Shown: positions 10,885-20,654, numbered from the stretch's first letter. The stretch is DNA of 64,000 nucleotides from Candidatus Melainabacteria bacterium (GCA_050247195.1 JBFWUP010000001.1:853725-917724); one strand, 5' to 3'. The notes: generated by a model from the letters alone, not told the origin. Program-made: numbers and translations.

Positions 10885-11909
10885 GAGACCGGGGCGGAAC
10901 CACAGCCGGTGGTCATGGGTTCAAACCTCAGGGACGCTTGGCCCAGGCGGGAGCGGATGCCGTTGAACCAGGCCCGCGCTTCCATGGTGGCTTTCCCGGG
11001 CGGCTGCAGGGTCAGGATCTCGATGGGGCCCGAGCCGGTCTGGACCCAGAGGCCGTTGGCGCTGGCGCCCAGGATTGCGCCGGGTTGGCCGGACGGCAGA
11101 CTGGCCGGCGCGGGGGCCCCGGGCGGGGTGCTGCGGATGATTTTGAGGGTCTCCTCACCCAGGCGGGTTTGCGTGGCCGGCCAGGGCTGAAACGCGCGAA
11201 TACGGTTATGCAGGGCGTCCGCCGGTTGGGTCCAGTCCAGCCAGCCATCCTCCCGGGTGCATTTGCCGGCGTGGGTGGCTTGGGCGCCATCCTGGGGCGT
11301 GCTGGCCAGAGAGCCGTCGGCGCGTTGCAGCAGGGTGGCCACCAGCAACGGGCCACCGGCGGCGGCCATTTTTTCGGTCAGGCTGGCGGTGGTGTCTTCC
11401 GCCGTAATGGGCACCACACGCTTAAGCAGAATGTCGCCCGTGTCCACGCCGATATCGGTCAGCATGGTGGTAATGCCGGTTTGAGGGAGGCCCTGCAGAA
11501 TGGCGTGCTGAATGGGGTTGGCGCCGCGAAATGCCGGCAGCAGCGAGGCGTGCACATTCACTGTGCCGTGGCTGGGAATGTCGAGCACGGCCTGGCTGAG
11601 GATCTGGCCGAAGGCGGCGGTGACAAAAAAGTGGGGGTTCAGGGAACTGAGCGTGGCCTGCAGGGCGTCATCCTTGCGGATACTGGCGGTCTGATGCACC
11701 GGCAGCCCCAGAGATTGCGCGGTCTCTTTGACCGGCGGGGCGGTGAGCTTTTTGCCGCGCCCGGCCGGTTTATCCGGCGGGGTGACCACGGCGCACACGG
11801 TGATGCGCGGCTCCGACTGCAGCGCCTGCAGCGTGGGCACGGAAAAAGCGGGGGTGCCCAGAAACACCACGCGGATCGGCTCGTCAGCGGGGATAGGTGA
11901 GGTTGTCAT
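10881..11909 (-). CDS. fmt: Methionyl-tRNA formyltransferase
   Basis: N-terminal ...IRVVFLGTPAFSVPTLQAL... formyltransferase core. Start at ATG 11909 (MTTSP). The track's longer ORF overlaps def. The 4-nt ATGA overlap with rsmB suggests coupling. Confidence 0.85.
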   Translation of the reverse strand: MTTSPIPADEPIRVVFLGTPAFSVPTLQALQSEPRITVCAVVTPPDKPAGRGKKLTAPPVKETAQSLGLPVHQTASIRKDDALQATLSSLNPHFFVTAAFGQILSQAVLDIPSHGTVNVHASLLPAFRGANPIQHAILQGLPQTGITTMLTDIGVDTGDILLKRVVPITAEDTTASLTEKMAAAGGPLLVATLLQRADGSLASTPQDGAQATHAGKCTREDGWLDWTQPADALHNRIRAFQPWPATQTRLGEETLKIIRSTPPGAPAPASLPSGQPGAILGASANGLWVQTGSGPIEILTLQPPGKATMEARAWFNGIRSRLGQASLRFEPMTTGCGSAPVS

Positions 11910-11949
11910 GGCCTCATCATACCCAAAGCAGGCTGTCCGGTCATGAGCG

Positions 11950-12507
11950 TCAGGCCAGAAGCGACTCAATCTCCGGCTCATCCAGCAGCCGTTCGGGATC
12001 GATGGGAGGCAGCTTGTTTTCCTGGAGCTGCTGTTCGGCGGTAAAGCGGTCAATCACATGATCCACAAACAGCACGCCGTTGAGGTGATCCAGTTCATGC
12101 TGAATGGCGCGGGCCAGCAGGGTGCCGCCGCCCACATCCAGCTGACGCTGTTTGCCCTTGATATCCATAAACCGCACGGTAATGTCGGCGTAGCGGCGCA
12201 CATCGGTATACACGCCGGGGAAACTCAGGCAACCTTCAAAACTCTGGCAGGCGCCGGTTTTACGGACGATCACCGGATTAATAAAAATCATCTGGCCCAG
12301 GCTGGGGTCCTCGGGTGAACAATCCAGCACAAAAAGCTGTTTCATCACCCCGACCTGCGGTGCGGCCAGGCCCACCCCGTTGTGGGCGTACATGGTGTCA
12401 AACATGTCCTCAATGAGGGTATGGATTTTGGCGGAGACCTTGGTGATTTTTTCTGTCTGGCCCCGCAGCAATTCATCGCCGTATTCAATAACCTTGAGAA
12501 CCGCCAT
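11950..12507 (-). CDS. def: Peptide deformylase
   Basis: All three PDF motifs present: GVGLAAPQ, EGCLS and HELDH. Confidence 0.9.
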   Translation of the reverse strand: MAVLKVIEYGDELLRGQTEKITKVSAKIHTLIEDMFDTMYAHNGVGLAAPQVGVMKQLFVLDCSPEDPSLGQMIFINPVIVRKTGACQSFEGCLSFPGVYTDVRRYADITVRFMDIKGKQRQLDVGGGTLLARAIQHELDHLNGVLFVDHVIDRFTAEQQLQENKLPPIDPERLLDEPEIESLLA

Positions 12508-12530
12508 ATGGCATCGTTTCCTTTCCGGTG

Positions 12531-12605
12531 CAGGCCGCTTTCTGAGACAGGCCTGCTGTTTTCACCGTGTCATGCACCATTATAGGGCAAAGCGCCCTGT
12601 TTTTT
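12531..12605 (+). promoter_or_regulatory. Two tandem terminator-like hairpins with U-tracts in the pyrK leader (candidate attenuator)
   Basis: CAGGCC-N13-GGCCTG followed by CTGTTTTC, and AGGGC-AAAGC-GCCCT followed by TTTTTT, both plus-strand, lying between the divergent def and pyrK starts. Confidence 0.4.
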
Positions 12606-12683
12606 GAACCATCTCCGGTAAAATCCGCTGAGTGCCCGAGTTCTCCGCAGCGTGTGCGGAGCAGTTGGCCGGAGCGGCTGGCT

Positions 12684-13625
12684 ATGCTACAACAGGATAG
12701 ACCTCACCGTGGGGTCACCCTTACAGAGAGAAAGCTGACTGCCCGCGTGTCTTCCCTGTCCCCAGCCGATCACCGCTGCACGGTGGAATCCAATACCCCG
12801 TGCGATTCCCGCCCGGGAAACCCGGCGTGCTTATACGTCATCCGTTTCCGGACGGAATGCCCGGATTTTAACGCCGAACCGGGTCAGTTTGTGATGATCG
12901 ATCTGCCGGAATCGGCGTTTTTCTTCCGCCGGCCGATGAGCATTCTTGCTGTGCCGGAACCCGGCGTGTTTGAGGTTTTTTACAAGGTGATGGGGCGCGG
13001 CACGCGGCGCATGGCCGAAATTCGCCCCGGAGACATCATCCGGGTGTTGGCGCCGCTGGGCAATGCTTTTGCGCCACCCGCTGCCGGCGAGAAACTCCTG
13101 CTGGTGGGCGGTGGTATTGGTATGGCTCCCCTGTATTGCTGGGCCGGCCGTCATGCGGCTTCAGCCGGTGGGGTTTATGGCGTGTATGGCGCCCGCAGCG
13201 TGGCGGATCTCGGACCCACCGTCCGGATCGAATCCGTGTTTCATCCTGACCGGTTCCGCTTCACCACCGATGACGGATCGCTGGGCTTTACCGGCAACGT
13301 CTGTCAGTTTCTGGAATCCGCCCCGGACTGGGTGACCGGCGTGCAGCGGGTGCTGGTGTGTGGCCCCACACCGATGATGCGCGCAACCGTAGCGCTGGTG
13401 AAACGTCTGAATCCGGCCTGTCGCGTGGAGGTTTCCCTGGAGGAGCATATGCCCTGTGGCACCGGCGCCTGCACCGGGTGTGTGGTGCGCCGGGCGGATC
13501 AGCTGCTGCCCAGCAAGGTCTGTGTTGAAGGCCCGGTGTTTGAGGCGTCTCAGCTGGTGTGGGAGGATGCCTGGGCGGACGTGATGCCGTCACAACCCTG
13601 TGCGGCGAAGGAGGTCTGCCGGTGA
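12684..13625 (+). CDS. pyrK: Dihydroorotate dehydrogenase (class 1B) electron-transfer subunit
   Basis: FAD/NAD-binding ferredoxin-reductase fold with C-terminal Cys cluster (CGTGACTGC) for a 2Fe-2S centre. First ATG at 12684; the track's upstream TTG/GTG extension looks non-coding. Confidence 0.8.
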   Translation: MLQQDRPHRGVTLTERKLTARVSSLSPADHRCTVESNTPCDSRPGNPACLYVIRFRTECPDFNAEPGQFVMIDLPESAFFFRRPMSILAVPEPGVFEVFYKVMGRGTRRMAEIRPGDIIRVLAPLGNAFAPPAAGEKLLLVGGGIGMAPLYCWAGRHAASAGGVYGVYGARSVADLGPTVRIESVFHPDRFRFTTDDGSLGFTGNVCQFLESAPDWVTGVQRVLVCGPTPMMRATVALVKRLNPACRVEVSLEEHMPCGTGACTGCVVRRADQLLPSKVCVEGPVFEASQLVWEDAWADVMPSQPCAAKEVCR

Positions 13626-14566
13626 GTGCGCTGACAAGCCACGCGCTGAAAAGTCATCTGGCCGGGCTGACACTCGCCAGCCCCCTGCTGAACGCATCCG
13701 GTGCGTTCAACCCGCCGATGTTTAACCGGCTTTTCCCGCTTCAGGGAACCCTGGGCGCCATTGTCACCAAGACGGTGACGGCCCAGCCGCGCGTGGGCAA
13801 CGCCCAGTACCGCACTGTGGAGTTGCCGGGCATGGGGATGCTCAACAGCATCGGCATACAGAACGCCGGTCTGGCGCATTTTCTGGAGACCGAGGGCCCC
13901 GGTTTTGCGGCGTTGGGCGTGCCGGTTATTCTCAGCATTTCAGCGGAATCCTCCGAGGCGTTTGGCGCCATGGCCCATGCCTGCCGCGAGCATGCCAACG
14001 GGTCGGTCGTGGCGGCCATTGAACTGAACCTGTCCTGCCCCAATATCCATGCCGGCGGGGTGGAATTCGGCAGCTCGCCGGTGATGGTGCGCGAAGCGGT
14101 TGCCGCCGTCAAATCCGTTTTTGATCGGCCGGTTTTCGCCAAACTGACGCCCAATGTGGGGGACATGGTGCCCATTGCCGCCGGCGCTTTGGAGGGCGGG
14201 GCCGATGGTCTGACCGCCATCAATACGTTGTTAGGCACTCACATTGACGTGAAAACGCGCCGCCCCGTGCTTCCCCGGGTATCCGGCGGGTACAGCGGAC
14301 CGGGTGTGCGGCCGGTGGCCTTACACCATGTTTACCGCCTGTATCAGCATTTCCCCGGCACGCCCATTCTGGGGGTGGGCGGTATTGCCACCAGTGAGGA
14401 CGTGCTGGCCTTTATGATGGCCGGCGCCTCGGTCGTGCAGGTGGGAACAGCCTGTTTCCGGGACCCGATGGTCTTTGCGCATGTTCACGAGGAACTGCGC
14501 GCCTGGTGCGCGCGGGAAGGCGTGGCGCATTTGCAGGATCTGGTGGGTTGCGCGCAGGCGCACTGA
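13622..14566 (+). CDS. pyrD: Dihydroorotate dehydrogenase catalytic subunit (class 1B)
   Basis: ...NASGAF..., ...IGIQNAGL... and FMN-binding TIM-barrel motifs. GTG start at 13622 overlaps the pyrK stop (GTGA). The track's earlier start at 13559 overlaps the pyrK coding sequence. Confidence 0.8.
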   Translation: MSALTSHALKSHLAGLTLASPLLNASGAFNPPMFNRLFPLQGTLGAIVTKTVTAQPRVGNAQYRTVELPGMGMLNSIGIQNAGLAHFLETEGPGFAALGVPVILSISAESSEAFGAMAHACREHANGSVVAAIELNLSCPNIHAGGVEFGSSPVMVREAVAAVKSVFDRPVFAKLTPNVGDMVPIAAGALEGGADGLTAINTLLGTHIDVKTRRPVLPRVSGGYSGPGVRPVALHHVYRLYQHFPGTPILGVGGIATSEDVLAFMMAGASVVQVGTACFRDPMVFAHVHEELRAWCAREGVAHLQDLVGCAQAH

Positions 14567-14683
14567 CCATTCGGTCTCGTTTGCGTGGTGGGTTTTACCG
14601 GCGGCCGCGACAGGACGACCGCCCGTTTTTGTTACAATGGGCTCAGACGTTGCGTGTTGCCGATACTGAGAGTTGATCGTTTG

Positions 14684-15283
14684 ATGCAAGATATCGCCAC
14701 CCAAGGTAGGGTTAACCGGTCATCCTGGCCGGGGATGGGGCTGATGCTGGCCGTGGCTGCCTTTCTGGGTTTAACGGCGATGGGCTGCTCCGGTGAAGGC
14801 GGCATGGCCATGGGCGGCGAGACCAAGGAAGAGGGACCGCCCCCGCTGGAGATCACCGTACCCCAGGTGGACCAGATGACCCGTCTTGGCCGCACAACGG
14901 CCGACGGCCAGTACGTGGTGATCCGCGCTGTGTTTGCCAACGTCAGCAACAAGGCCATTACCATTTCGCCACCGGAGCTGGTGCTGCAAAACATTACGGA
15001 TAATGAGAAGGAACGGTTTTCGTTTCCGCCCGAACGCTTTCTGGGCAGCGATTTTCGCTATCAGTACGGCCGGGACAAACAGGACCGCCTCATTGAAAAA
15101 CAGGATCTGACCGTGAATCCCCAGATACGCGCGGAGCGCTACGTGATTTATCAGCTGCCACTGAACGGGGATGTGGCGGATTATCAGTTGTATTATGGTC
15201 CCTACAAAGTATCGGCGCCGGTCATTACGCCCGATACCGAACAGACGGACCGAAGGGAGTACCGTGACTTTGACAGCCGCTGA
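14684..15283 (+). CDS. Lipoprotein, hypothetical
   Basis: Signal peptide with lipobox LTAMGC after MQDIATQ... No other motif recognised. Confidence 0.5.
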   Translation: MQDIATQGRVNRSSWPGMGLMLAVAAFLGLTAMGCSGEGGMAMGGETKEEGPPPLEITVPQVDQMTRLGRTTADGQYVVIRAVFANVSNKAITISPPELVLQNITDNEKERFSFPPERFLGSDFRYQYGRDKQDRLIEKQDLTVNPQIRAERYVIYQLPLNGDVADYQLYYGPYKVSAPVITPDTEQTDRREYRDFDSR

Positions 15284-15317
15284 GTCCAGCGAACCGGGCG
15301 CCCTGCTGCACACCCCG

Positions 15318-16799
15318 GTGACACTGGCCGATAAAAACCGCACCAAAATTGTGGCCACACTGGGCCCAGCCTCCACATCACCCCAGGTGATGGAAAAGTT
15401 GCTTCTGGCCGGGGTGGCCGTCTTCCGCCTCAATTTTTCCCATGGCTCTCACGAAGAGCATGCCGCCAATATCGCCAATATCCGTCAGGTTTCCGCCCGG
15501 CTGGATACCCACGTTGCCATTCTGGGTGACCTGCAGGGGCCCAAGTTTCGCACCGGCATGCTGGAGAATGACATGCCTGTTGAGCTCGAGAATGGTCAGA
15601 CGGTTCGCTTTACCGCCCAGCAGCAGATTACCGGTGTGGCCGCCGATGGCGTGACGGTGATCGGGTGTAATTATCCGCAGCTGGTGGAAGCGGTGAAACC
15701 CGGCGATACGGTGCTGATGGCCGATGGCACCATCCGGCTGACGGTGCTGAACAAGCCGGAGTCGTTGCTGGCCGAGTGCCGTGTGGTGGATGGCGGTCCG
15801 CTGGGTTCCCGCAAAGGCATTAACCTGCCGGATTCCCATATCCAGGTGCCGGCGCTGACCGAAAAAGATCTGGCCGATGCCCTGTTTGGGGTGAAAGCCG
15901 GGGTGGATTATCTCGCGCTGTCGTTTGTTCAGCAGGCTGACGATGTGGTGGCCCTGAGAAAATATGTAACGGAAGCCGGTCTGACCTGCCCGCCGATTAT
16001 CGCGAAAATTGAACGCCCGCACGCCGTGGAGCATATCCCCGAAATTCTGGAAGTCTCCGACGGCCTGATGGTGGCGCGCGGGGATCTCGGTGTGGAACTG
16101 CCGCCTGAGCGCGTGCCGATTATTCAGAAACAACTGGTGGAGATTGCCAACCACTATGGCATTCCCGTCATCATCGCCACGCAGATGCTGGAGTCCATGG
16201 TTGATTCCCTGCAACCGGCGCGCTCGGACGTGAGTGACATTGCCAATGCCGTGCTGGACCGGGCCGACGCGCTGATGCTCTCCGGTGAGACGGCGATGGG
16301 TGAGTACCCGGTGGAATGCGTGACGATGATGCGCAAGATTATTCAGGAAGTGGAGGCCAGCCATCTGGCCAAGCGCTACCGTCCGCATGAGTCCAGCGCG
16401 ATGATCTCGCCGCACGATCAGCACACCATTGCGCATGCCGCCAGTTACGCGGCGACCAAATCCAACGTCAACGCGCTGGTGGTGCTCTCCAACTCGGGCA
16501 GCATGGCCCGGCGGATTTCCAAACTGAAGCCTTACCGGGCGATGATTGCCGTGACGCCGCACCATGCCGTGGCCAACAAAATGTGCCTCCTGTGGGGCGT
16601 CACGCCGGTGGAGTCGCCCATTACCGGCAGTTCGGATGAGACGATGGAGATGGCCGAAAACCTGATTCTGGAAAAGGGCCTGCTGCAGCATGGCGATCGG
16701 ATTGTGTTCTGCGCCGGTAAAACCCCTTTAAAATGGCTGGCCGATGTTGTGAAAATCTATCGCATTGGCGACGTGGATCACACACAGGATCTGGGCTAG
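15318..16799 (+). CDS. pyk: Pyruvate kinase
   Basis: ...KTKIVATLGPAS..., FRLNFSHG and MVARGDLGVE signatures. GTG at 15318 gives a family-typical N-terminus (alternative GTG at 15264). Has a C-terminal extension beyond the canonical PK core. Confidence 0.85.
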   Translation: MTLADKNRTKIVATLGPASTSPQVMEKLLLAGVAVFRLNFSHGSHEEHAANIANIRQVSARLDTHVAILGDLQGPKFRTGMLENDMPVELENGQTVRFTAQQQITGVAADGVTVIGCNYPQLVEAVKPGDTVLMADGTIRLTVLNKPESLLAECRVVDGGPLGSRKGINLPDSHIQVPALTEKDLADALFGVKAGVDYLALSFVQQADDVVALRKYVTEAGLTCPPIIAKIERPHAVEHIPEILEVSDGLMVARGDLGVELPPERVPIIQKQLVEIANHYGIPVIIATQMLESMVDSLQPARSDVSDIANAVLDRADALMLSGETAMGEYPVECVTMMRKIIQEVEASHLAKRYRPHESSAMISPHDQHTIAHAASYAATKSNVNALVVLSNSGSMARRISKLKPYRAMIAVTPHHAVANKMCLLWGVTPVESPITGSSDETMEMAENLILEKGLLQHGDRIVFCAGKTPLKWLADVVKIYRIGDVDHTQDLG

Positions 16800-16823
16800 C
16801 AGCTGTTTCCCCGTGAGCGCTGG

Positions 16824-16868
16824 CCTCTCCCGGCCCCTTCGGGGCCACCCGCTCCTGCAAGGAGAGGG
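16824..16868. repeat. GC-rich palindromic element (REP-like, copy 2) 3' of pyk
   Basis: Inner perfect hairpin GGCCCC-TTC-GGGGCC (16832-16846) nested within CCTCTCCC ... GGAGAGGG arms. Confidence 0.5.
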
Positions 16869-16870
16869 TT

Positions 16871-17308
16871 TCAGGTATCGACTGCCTCGGCCTGGACATC
16901 CACCACGGTGCTGCCGGGTTGCATGACGGGCGGTTCGCCGTAGAGGGTGTAGGCCTCTTCCAGAATGCGCACGTTGCGCGTGTTGGCGCGCCAGAAGGCG
17001 TCGCTGACATCGCCCAGCAGGGGAATGCTGCCGATGAGGATATCAATCAGAATATTGGCGGCCAGGCGGGCGTGAACATGACCCGGAAAGCCGAGTTCAT
17101 ACGCCACCCACACCGGGTAGAGTGAAAGCAGCGCAGCAACCACCTCGCCGCCCACCGGCAGAACGCCCAGCAACGGGTCCAGGCCGATGCGTTGTTTGGT
17201 GAACGGGATTTCAATGGCCCGGTCCATCAGGCGGGCCAGCGTTTTGGCGCGGCGTATGCCGGGATGTGGGTGGTGGTCCGGGTGGGTTTCCTTCGGGAGT
17301 GGGGCCAT
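16871..17308 (-). CDS. DUF4112 family membrane protein
   Basis: ...IPFTKQRIGLDPLLGVLPVGGEV... matches the DUF4112 core. ATG at 17308 is preceded by GAGAGGA SD. The track's extension to 17371 lacks an SD. Confidence 0.6.
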   Translation of the reverse strand: MAPLPKETHPDHHPHPGIRRAKTLARLMDRAIEIPFTKQRIGLDPLLGVLPVGGEVVAALLSLYPVWVAYELGFPGHVHARLAANILIDILIGSIPLLGDVSDAFWRANTRNVRILEEAYTLYGEPPVMQPGSTVVDVQAEAVDT

Positions 17309-17401
17309 TCGGGGTCCTCTCATGGGCGGGCGCCGGGTGCAATTTTTGCATTTCAGGCGTCTTGTATTCATACTGTCCCGGTGGAACGACGGACCGCGCC
17401 G

Positions 17402-17950
17402 ATGTTTGTTCAGCCTGTCACCTCATCATACCCGCTGGGTGTTGCCCGGCAAACCCCGCCGGGTGATGTCCAGTTTGGCATGGCGGTTGGCTATGATGCC
17501 GAAGATCTGCCACCCGAGGAAGGCCCGGCCGTTCCTGTCTGGATTGATTCCGCGCGGGCGCAGACACAGGGGCATCTGCCGGTTTCGGGTGGTTATATTT
17601 ATGCCAACGGCGAGGATGCCCGGAAAATTCTGAACATCCGGCAACTGCGGGCGCAGCTCAGAGGCAGTCTGGTTCAGGCTGAAACCCCGGTCGGGATCCG
17701 GAAGCAGCCTCTAAAGGCAGAGGATGACCTGGCCTGGCTGCACCGGCTGGCGCAGGCGCCGGTTCTCGTCCCGCGGACCCTCACTCCCCGTGAGGCGGAT
17801 GTTGTGCGCGAAGTGAAACACCAGCTGGATGTGTTGGAACGCCGGGCGGTCGATCGTGCTGTTGCCATGCTCCCCGCGGAACGTCCGGACAAGAATGCCC
17901 GCCGCCGTGCCCGCCGCGCCCGCCGGAAGGTGGGAACACAGTCCCGCTGA
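17402..17950 (+). CDS. Hypothetical protein with Arg/Lys-rich C-terminal tail
   Basis: ORF after trimming the track's antisense-overlapping N-terminal extension. No domain recognised. Confidence 0.35.
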   Translation: MFVQPVTSSYPLGVARQTPPGDVQFGMAVGYDAEDLPPEEGPAVPVWIDSARAQTQGHLPVSGGYIYANGEDARKILNIRQLRAQLRGSLVQAETPVGIRKQPLKAEDDLAWLHRLAQAPVLVPRTLTPREADVVREVKHQLDVLERRAVDRAVAMLPAERPDKNARRRARRARRKVGTQSR

Positions 17951-18040
17951 ACAGCCATCCGGTGGCGGTATGATACACTCAGTGAGGTGGGTTGTTGCGC
18001 ATTGTGATTGCCCTGCCGCCGGGACAAAACGGGGGAGAGG

Positions 18041-18514
18041 ATGATGAACGGTTTTTTTTCTGTGACGATGCCTGAGACGACGCCACTCCAGTTTGCCGGC
18101 GAGCGGAGCCGCAAACGCCGTGCGGCCGGGCTGGGTTTCACGGTTTTGAGTGCGGCTGGCGTGGCGCATGGTTTGTACAATTATGGGGCGCACAGCGCAT
18201 TCGGAGATACAGGCGCTTATGTGGCGGCGGAAAGCCCTGACACCCAACGCCCTTACGGGCAGACGCAAACCCGGGCTTATCAGGAGATATTTACCGGTGT
18301 GCCTTCTCAGTCGGATGTGGATGTGCTGACGCGCTACCACGAAGACCTGGGCAAGACGGACGCCTATGCCTCGGTGAGCGCGTGGTCTGAGGATCAGCAG
18401 CCGGATACCTGGCTGAAAGTGGACGCTGCGGCAACGGGTGTGGGGGTGCTGGGCCGGCTGGGCGTTTGGCTGGGTCTGCCATGGCGCCGCCGGCGCCAAC
18501 AGAAAGCCAACTGA
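18041..18514 (+). CDS. Hypothetical membrane-anchored protein
   Basis: ATG pair at 18041/18044 directly after GGGGGAGAGG. C-terminal hydrophobic segment GVGVLGRLGVWLGLPW. Confidence 0.4.
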   Translation: MMNGFFSVTMPETTPLQFAGERSRKRRAAGLGFTVLSAAGVAHGLYNYGAHSAFGDTGAYVAAESPDTQRPYGQTQTRAYQEIFTGVPSQSDVDVLTRYHEDLGKTDAYASVSAWSEDQQPDTWLKVDAAATGVGVLGRLGVWLGLPWRRRRQQKAN

Positions 18515-18598
18515 TTCTGTCATATGCCGTGTTGCCGGGTTTCACCGGGTGCGTTTCTGCGCTTCAATAACGCCTTACTGACTGTGGGACCCCAATCA

Positions 18599-19102
18599 AT
18601 GAAAATCTGCAATCCGCCAGCGTTGTCACCCGGGTTTGCCGGCTCCCTGAAGAAAAAACCATGGCCCCATTATGCTTTTTTGGCTGGCAGCATTGTGACA
18701 ACAGGGTTTGCTGCAAGCTCTGGCTGGCATTACTTTCAATCAGGCACTCAGGAGACCAAAGTAAACGGTCTGATCGCACAGAAGGCAGAGCTACCCTTGG
18801 TCAGCCCCCGGCAGCAGGACATTCTGACGCGCTCGGGCACGGAACCCCTGCCCTTTGATGATCAGCAGTGGCTGGTAAGTTACCTCGAGGATACGGCCGG
18901 CCGGCAGCGGCACAATCTTGCGCTGGAGCCCCGGATACTGGCGGCTGAACTCGCGCTGGGGCGGGAGCAGGACGCCACACGGGAAAGCCTGAGTGATTCG
19001 GCTCACATGGCTGAAATTACTGCCATGGCGGGCTTTCTGGGCTATAAAATGCGCGCCGGTGACTGGACAATTCCAGAAGATTGGTTGAAGTCCGAAACCT
19101 AG
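18599..19102 (+). CDS. Hypothetical protein with N-terminal transmembrane segment
   Basis: ATG at 18599 (MKICNPP...). Hydrophobic stretch AFLAGSIVTTGFAASSGW. No SD. Confidence 0.35.
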   Translation: MKICNPPALSPGFAGSLKKKPWPHYAFLAGSIVTTGFAASSGWHYFQSGTQETKVNGLIAQKAELPLVSPRQQDILTRSGTEPLPFDDQQWLVSYLEDTAGRQRHNLALEPRILAAELALGREQDATRESLSDSAHMAEITAMAGFLGYKMRAGDWTIPEDWLKSET

Positions 19103-19105
19103 AGA

Positions 19106-19399
19106 CTACTGCCAGCTTTCGGCGCGGCGGGGTTTTTTCATTGCCTGGCCACGCTTGTTGGTGCGCTGCTGCAAGCGTTCAATCGCCTCGTGCGCCTCGG
19201 CCAGAAACACCTTGCCTTCGCCTTCCTCCAGGTCCTGCAGCACCAGCTCATCCCAGTCTTCGTCATCCTCGTCCCAGAGGTCTTTGTCTTCCTCGTCCCA
19301 GTCGGGCGTCTCGTTGGATCCCTCATCTTCAGTGATTGCGTCCAGAAACAAACCGTCCTGCAGGCCAGTATCCGCCTGCGAGAGAAATTCCCCGTTCAT
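19106..19399 (-). CDS. Hypothetical highly acidic small protein with basic C-terminal tail
   Basis: D/E-rich ORF (...DWDEEDKDLWDEDDEDWDEL...). AAGGAG lies 13 nt upstream of the ATG. Convergent with the three preceding genes. Confidence 0.4.
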   Translation of the reverse strand: MNGEFLSQADTGLQDGLFLDAITEDEGSNETPDWDEEDKDLWDEDDEDWDELVLQDLEEGEGKVFLAEAHEAIERLQQRTNKRGQAMKKPRRAESWQ

Positions 19400-19519
19400 T
19401 GGTCATCGTTCTCCTTGCACTCAAAAAATCGCAAAGGGGGCGGTAGGCAGCCACTCCCGCTGCGTGCAGTCAGTATCGTTCCCCCGGCAGAAAACTTGAG
19501 GCCAGGTTAAGCTTGATTG

Positions 19520-19546
19520 CCCCCTTTCCCCTTGAGGGGGATGCTC
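19520..19546. repeat. Short GC palindrome TCCCC-TTGA-GGGGA embedded in a CCCCCTTTCCCC tract (REP-like, copy 3; weaker)
   Basis: Seen in the intergenic region between the convergent 3' ends of the acidic-protein gene and the ABC ATPase gene. Confidence 0.35.
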
Positions 19547-19583
19547 AGCCGTTACGGATGAGATGTCCGAGGGGGGATGCGGG

Positions 19584-20615
19584 TTATGCTTCCAGGCCGC
19601 TCAGTTCCGCGGCGCGGTGGCACCAGGCGATATGGCCGGGCAGGTATTCCCGCGCTGCGGGGACTTCCGTGCGGCACTGCTCAACCACGTACGGGCACCG
19701 TGTATGAAAACGGCAGCCTCTGGGCGGGTTGGACGGGCTGGGCAGGTCGCCTTCAAGCAGCAGGCGTTCTTTATGCCGCTGGCTGGGGTCCGGGAGCGGT
19801 ATGGCGGACATCAGCGCCTGCGTGTAGGGGTGCAGCGGCCTGCTGTAAAGGGATGCCGCCGGGGCAAGCTCCACAATCCGCCCCAGGTACATCACGGCAA
19901 CACGGTCACTGATGTACTCCACCACGCTGAGGTTGTGGGCGATGAACAGGTAGGTCAGCCCCAGTTCGTGCTTTAAATCATCCAGCAGGTTCAGAATCTG
20001 GGCCTGAATCGAGACATCCAGCGCGCTGACGGGTTCATCGGCCACAATGAATTTGGGGTTGAGCGCCAGAGCCCGGGCAATGCCCACCCGCTGGCGCTGC
20101 CCGCCGGAAAACTCGTGCGGATAGCGCTGGGCGGCGTCCTTTGGCAGGCCAACCCGGTCCAGCAGCTCGGCCACCCGGGCCGTCAGGGCAGTCCCCTTCA
20201 GTATACGGTGCACCTGCAGGGGTTCGGCAATGGCGTCCCCAATGCTCATGCGGGGGTTCAGGCTGGCGTAGGGATTCTGAAAAACAATCTGCATATGGCG
20301 CCGCAGGGGGCGCAGGGCGCCGGGGCTCAGGTGGGTCAGTTCGGCGCCTTCCAGGTACACCTGGCCTTGCGACGGGGGGATGAGCTGGAGAATGCAACGG
20401 CCCAGGGTGGACTTGCCGCAGCCGCTTTCACCCACCACGCCCAGGGTCTCTCCGGCCAGAATATCCAGTGAGACATCCGTGACGGCCTGCACCTGACCGA
20501 CCTGGCGGCTGAAAAACCCCTTGCGGATGGGAAAATCCTTGCTCAGATGTTCAATGCGCACCAGCGGCGTGGTGTCGCTTGACTGTGGTGTGGTTTGGCT
20601 GGGGACAGTGCTCAC
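19584..20615 (-). CDS. Oligopeptide/dipeptide-type ABC transporter ATP-binding protein (OppF/DppF family)
   Basis: Walker [13 protein letters not shown] signature LSGGQRQR and Walker B. C-terminal oligopeptide-family extension with CRFHTRCPY motif. Confidence 0.8.
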   Translation of the reverse strand: MSTVPSQTTPQSSDTTPLVRIEHLSKDFPIRKGFFSRQVGQVQAVTDVSLDILAGETLGVVGESGCGKSTLGRCILQLIPPSQGQVYLEGAELTHLSPGALRPLRRHMQIVFQNPYASLNPRMSIGDAIAEPLQVHRILKGTALTARVAELLDRVGLPKDAAQRYPHEFSGGQRQRVGIARALALNPKFIVADEPVSALDVSIQAQILNLLDDLKHELGLTYLFIAHNLSVVEYISDRVAVMYLGRIVELAPAASLYSRPLHPYTQALMSAIPLPDPSQRHKERLLLEGDLPSPSNPPRGCRFHTRCPYVVEQCRTEVPAAREYLPGHIAWCHRAAELSGLEA

Positions 20616-20654
20616 ATCAACATTGTAACCCGAGGAGTCGCTTTTCTGGTGTCG

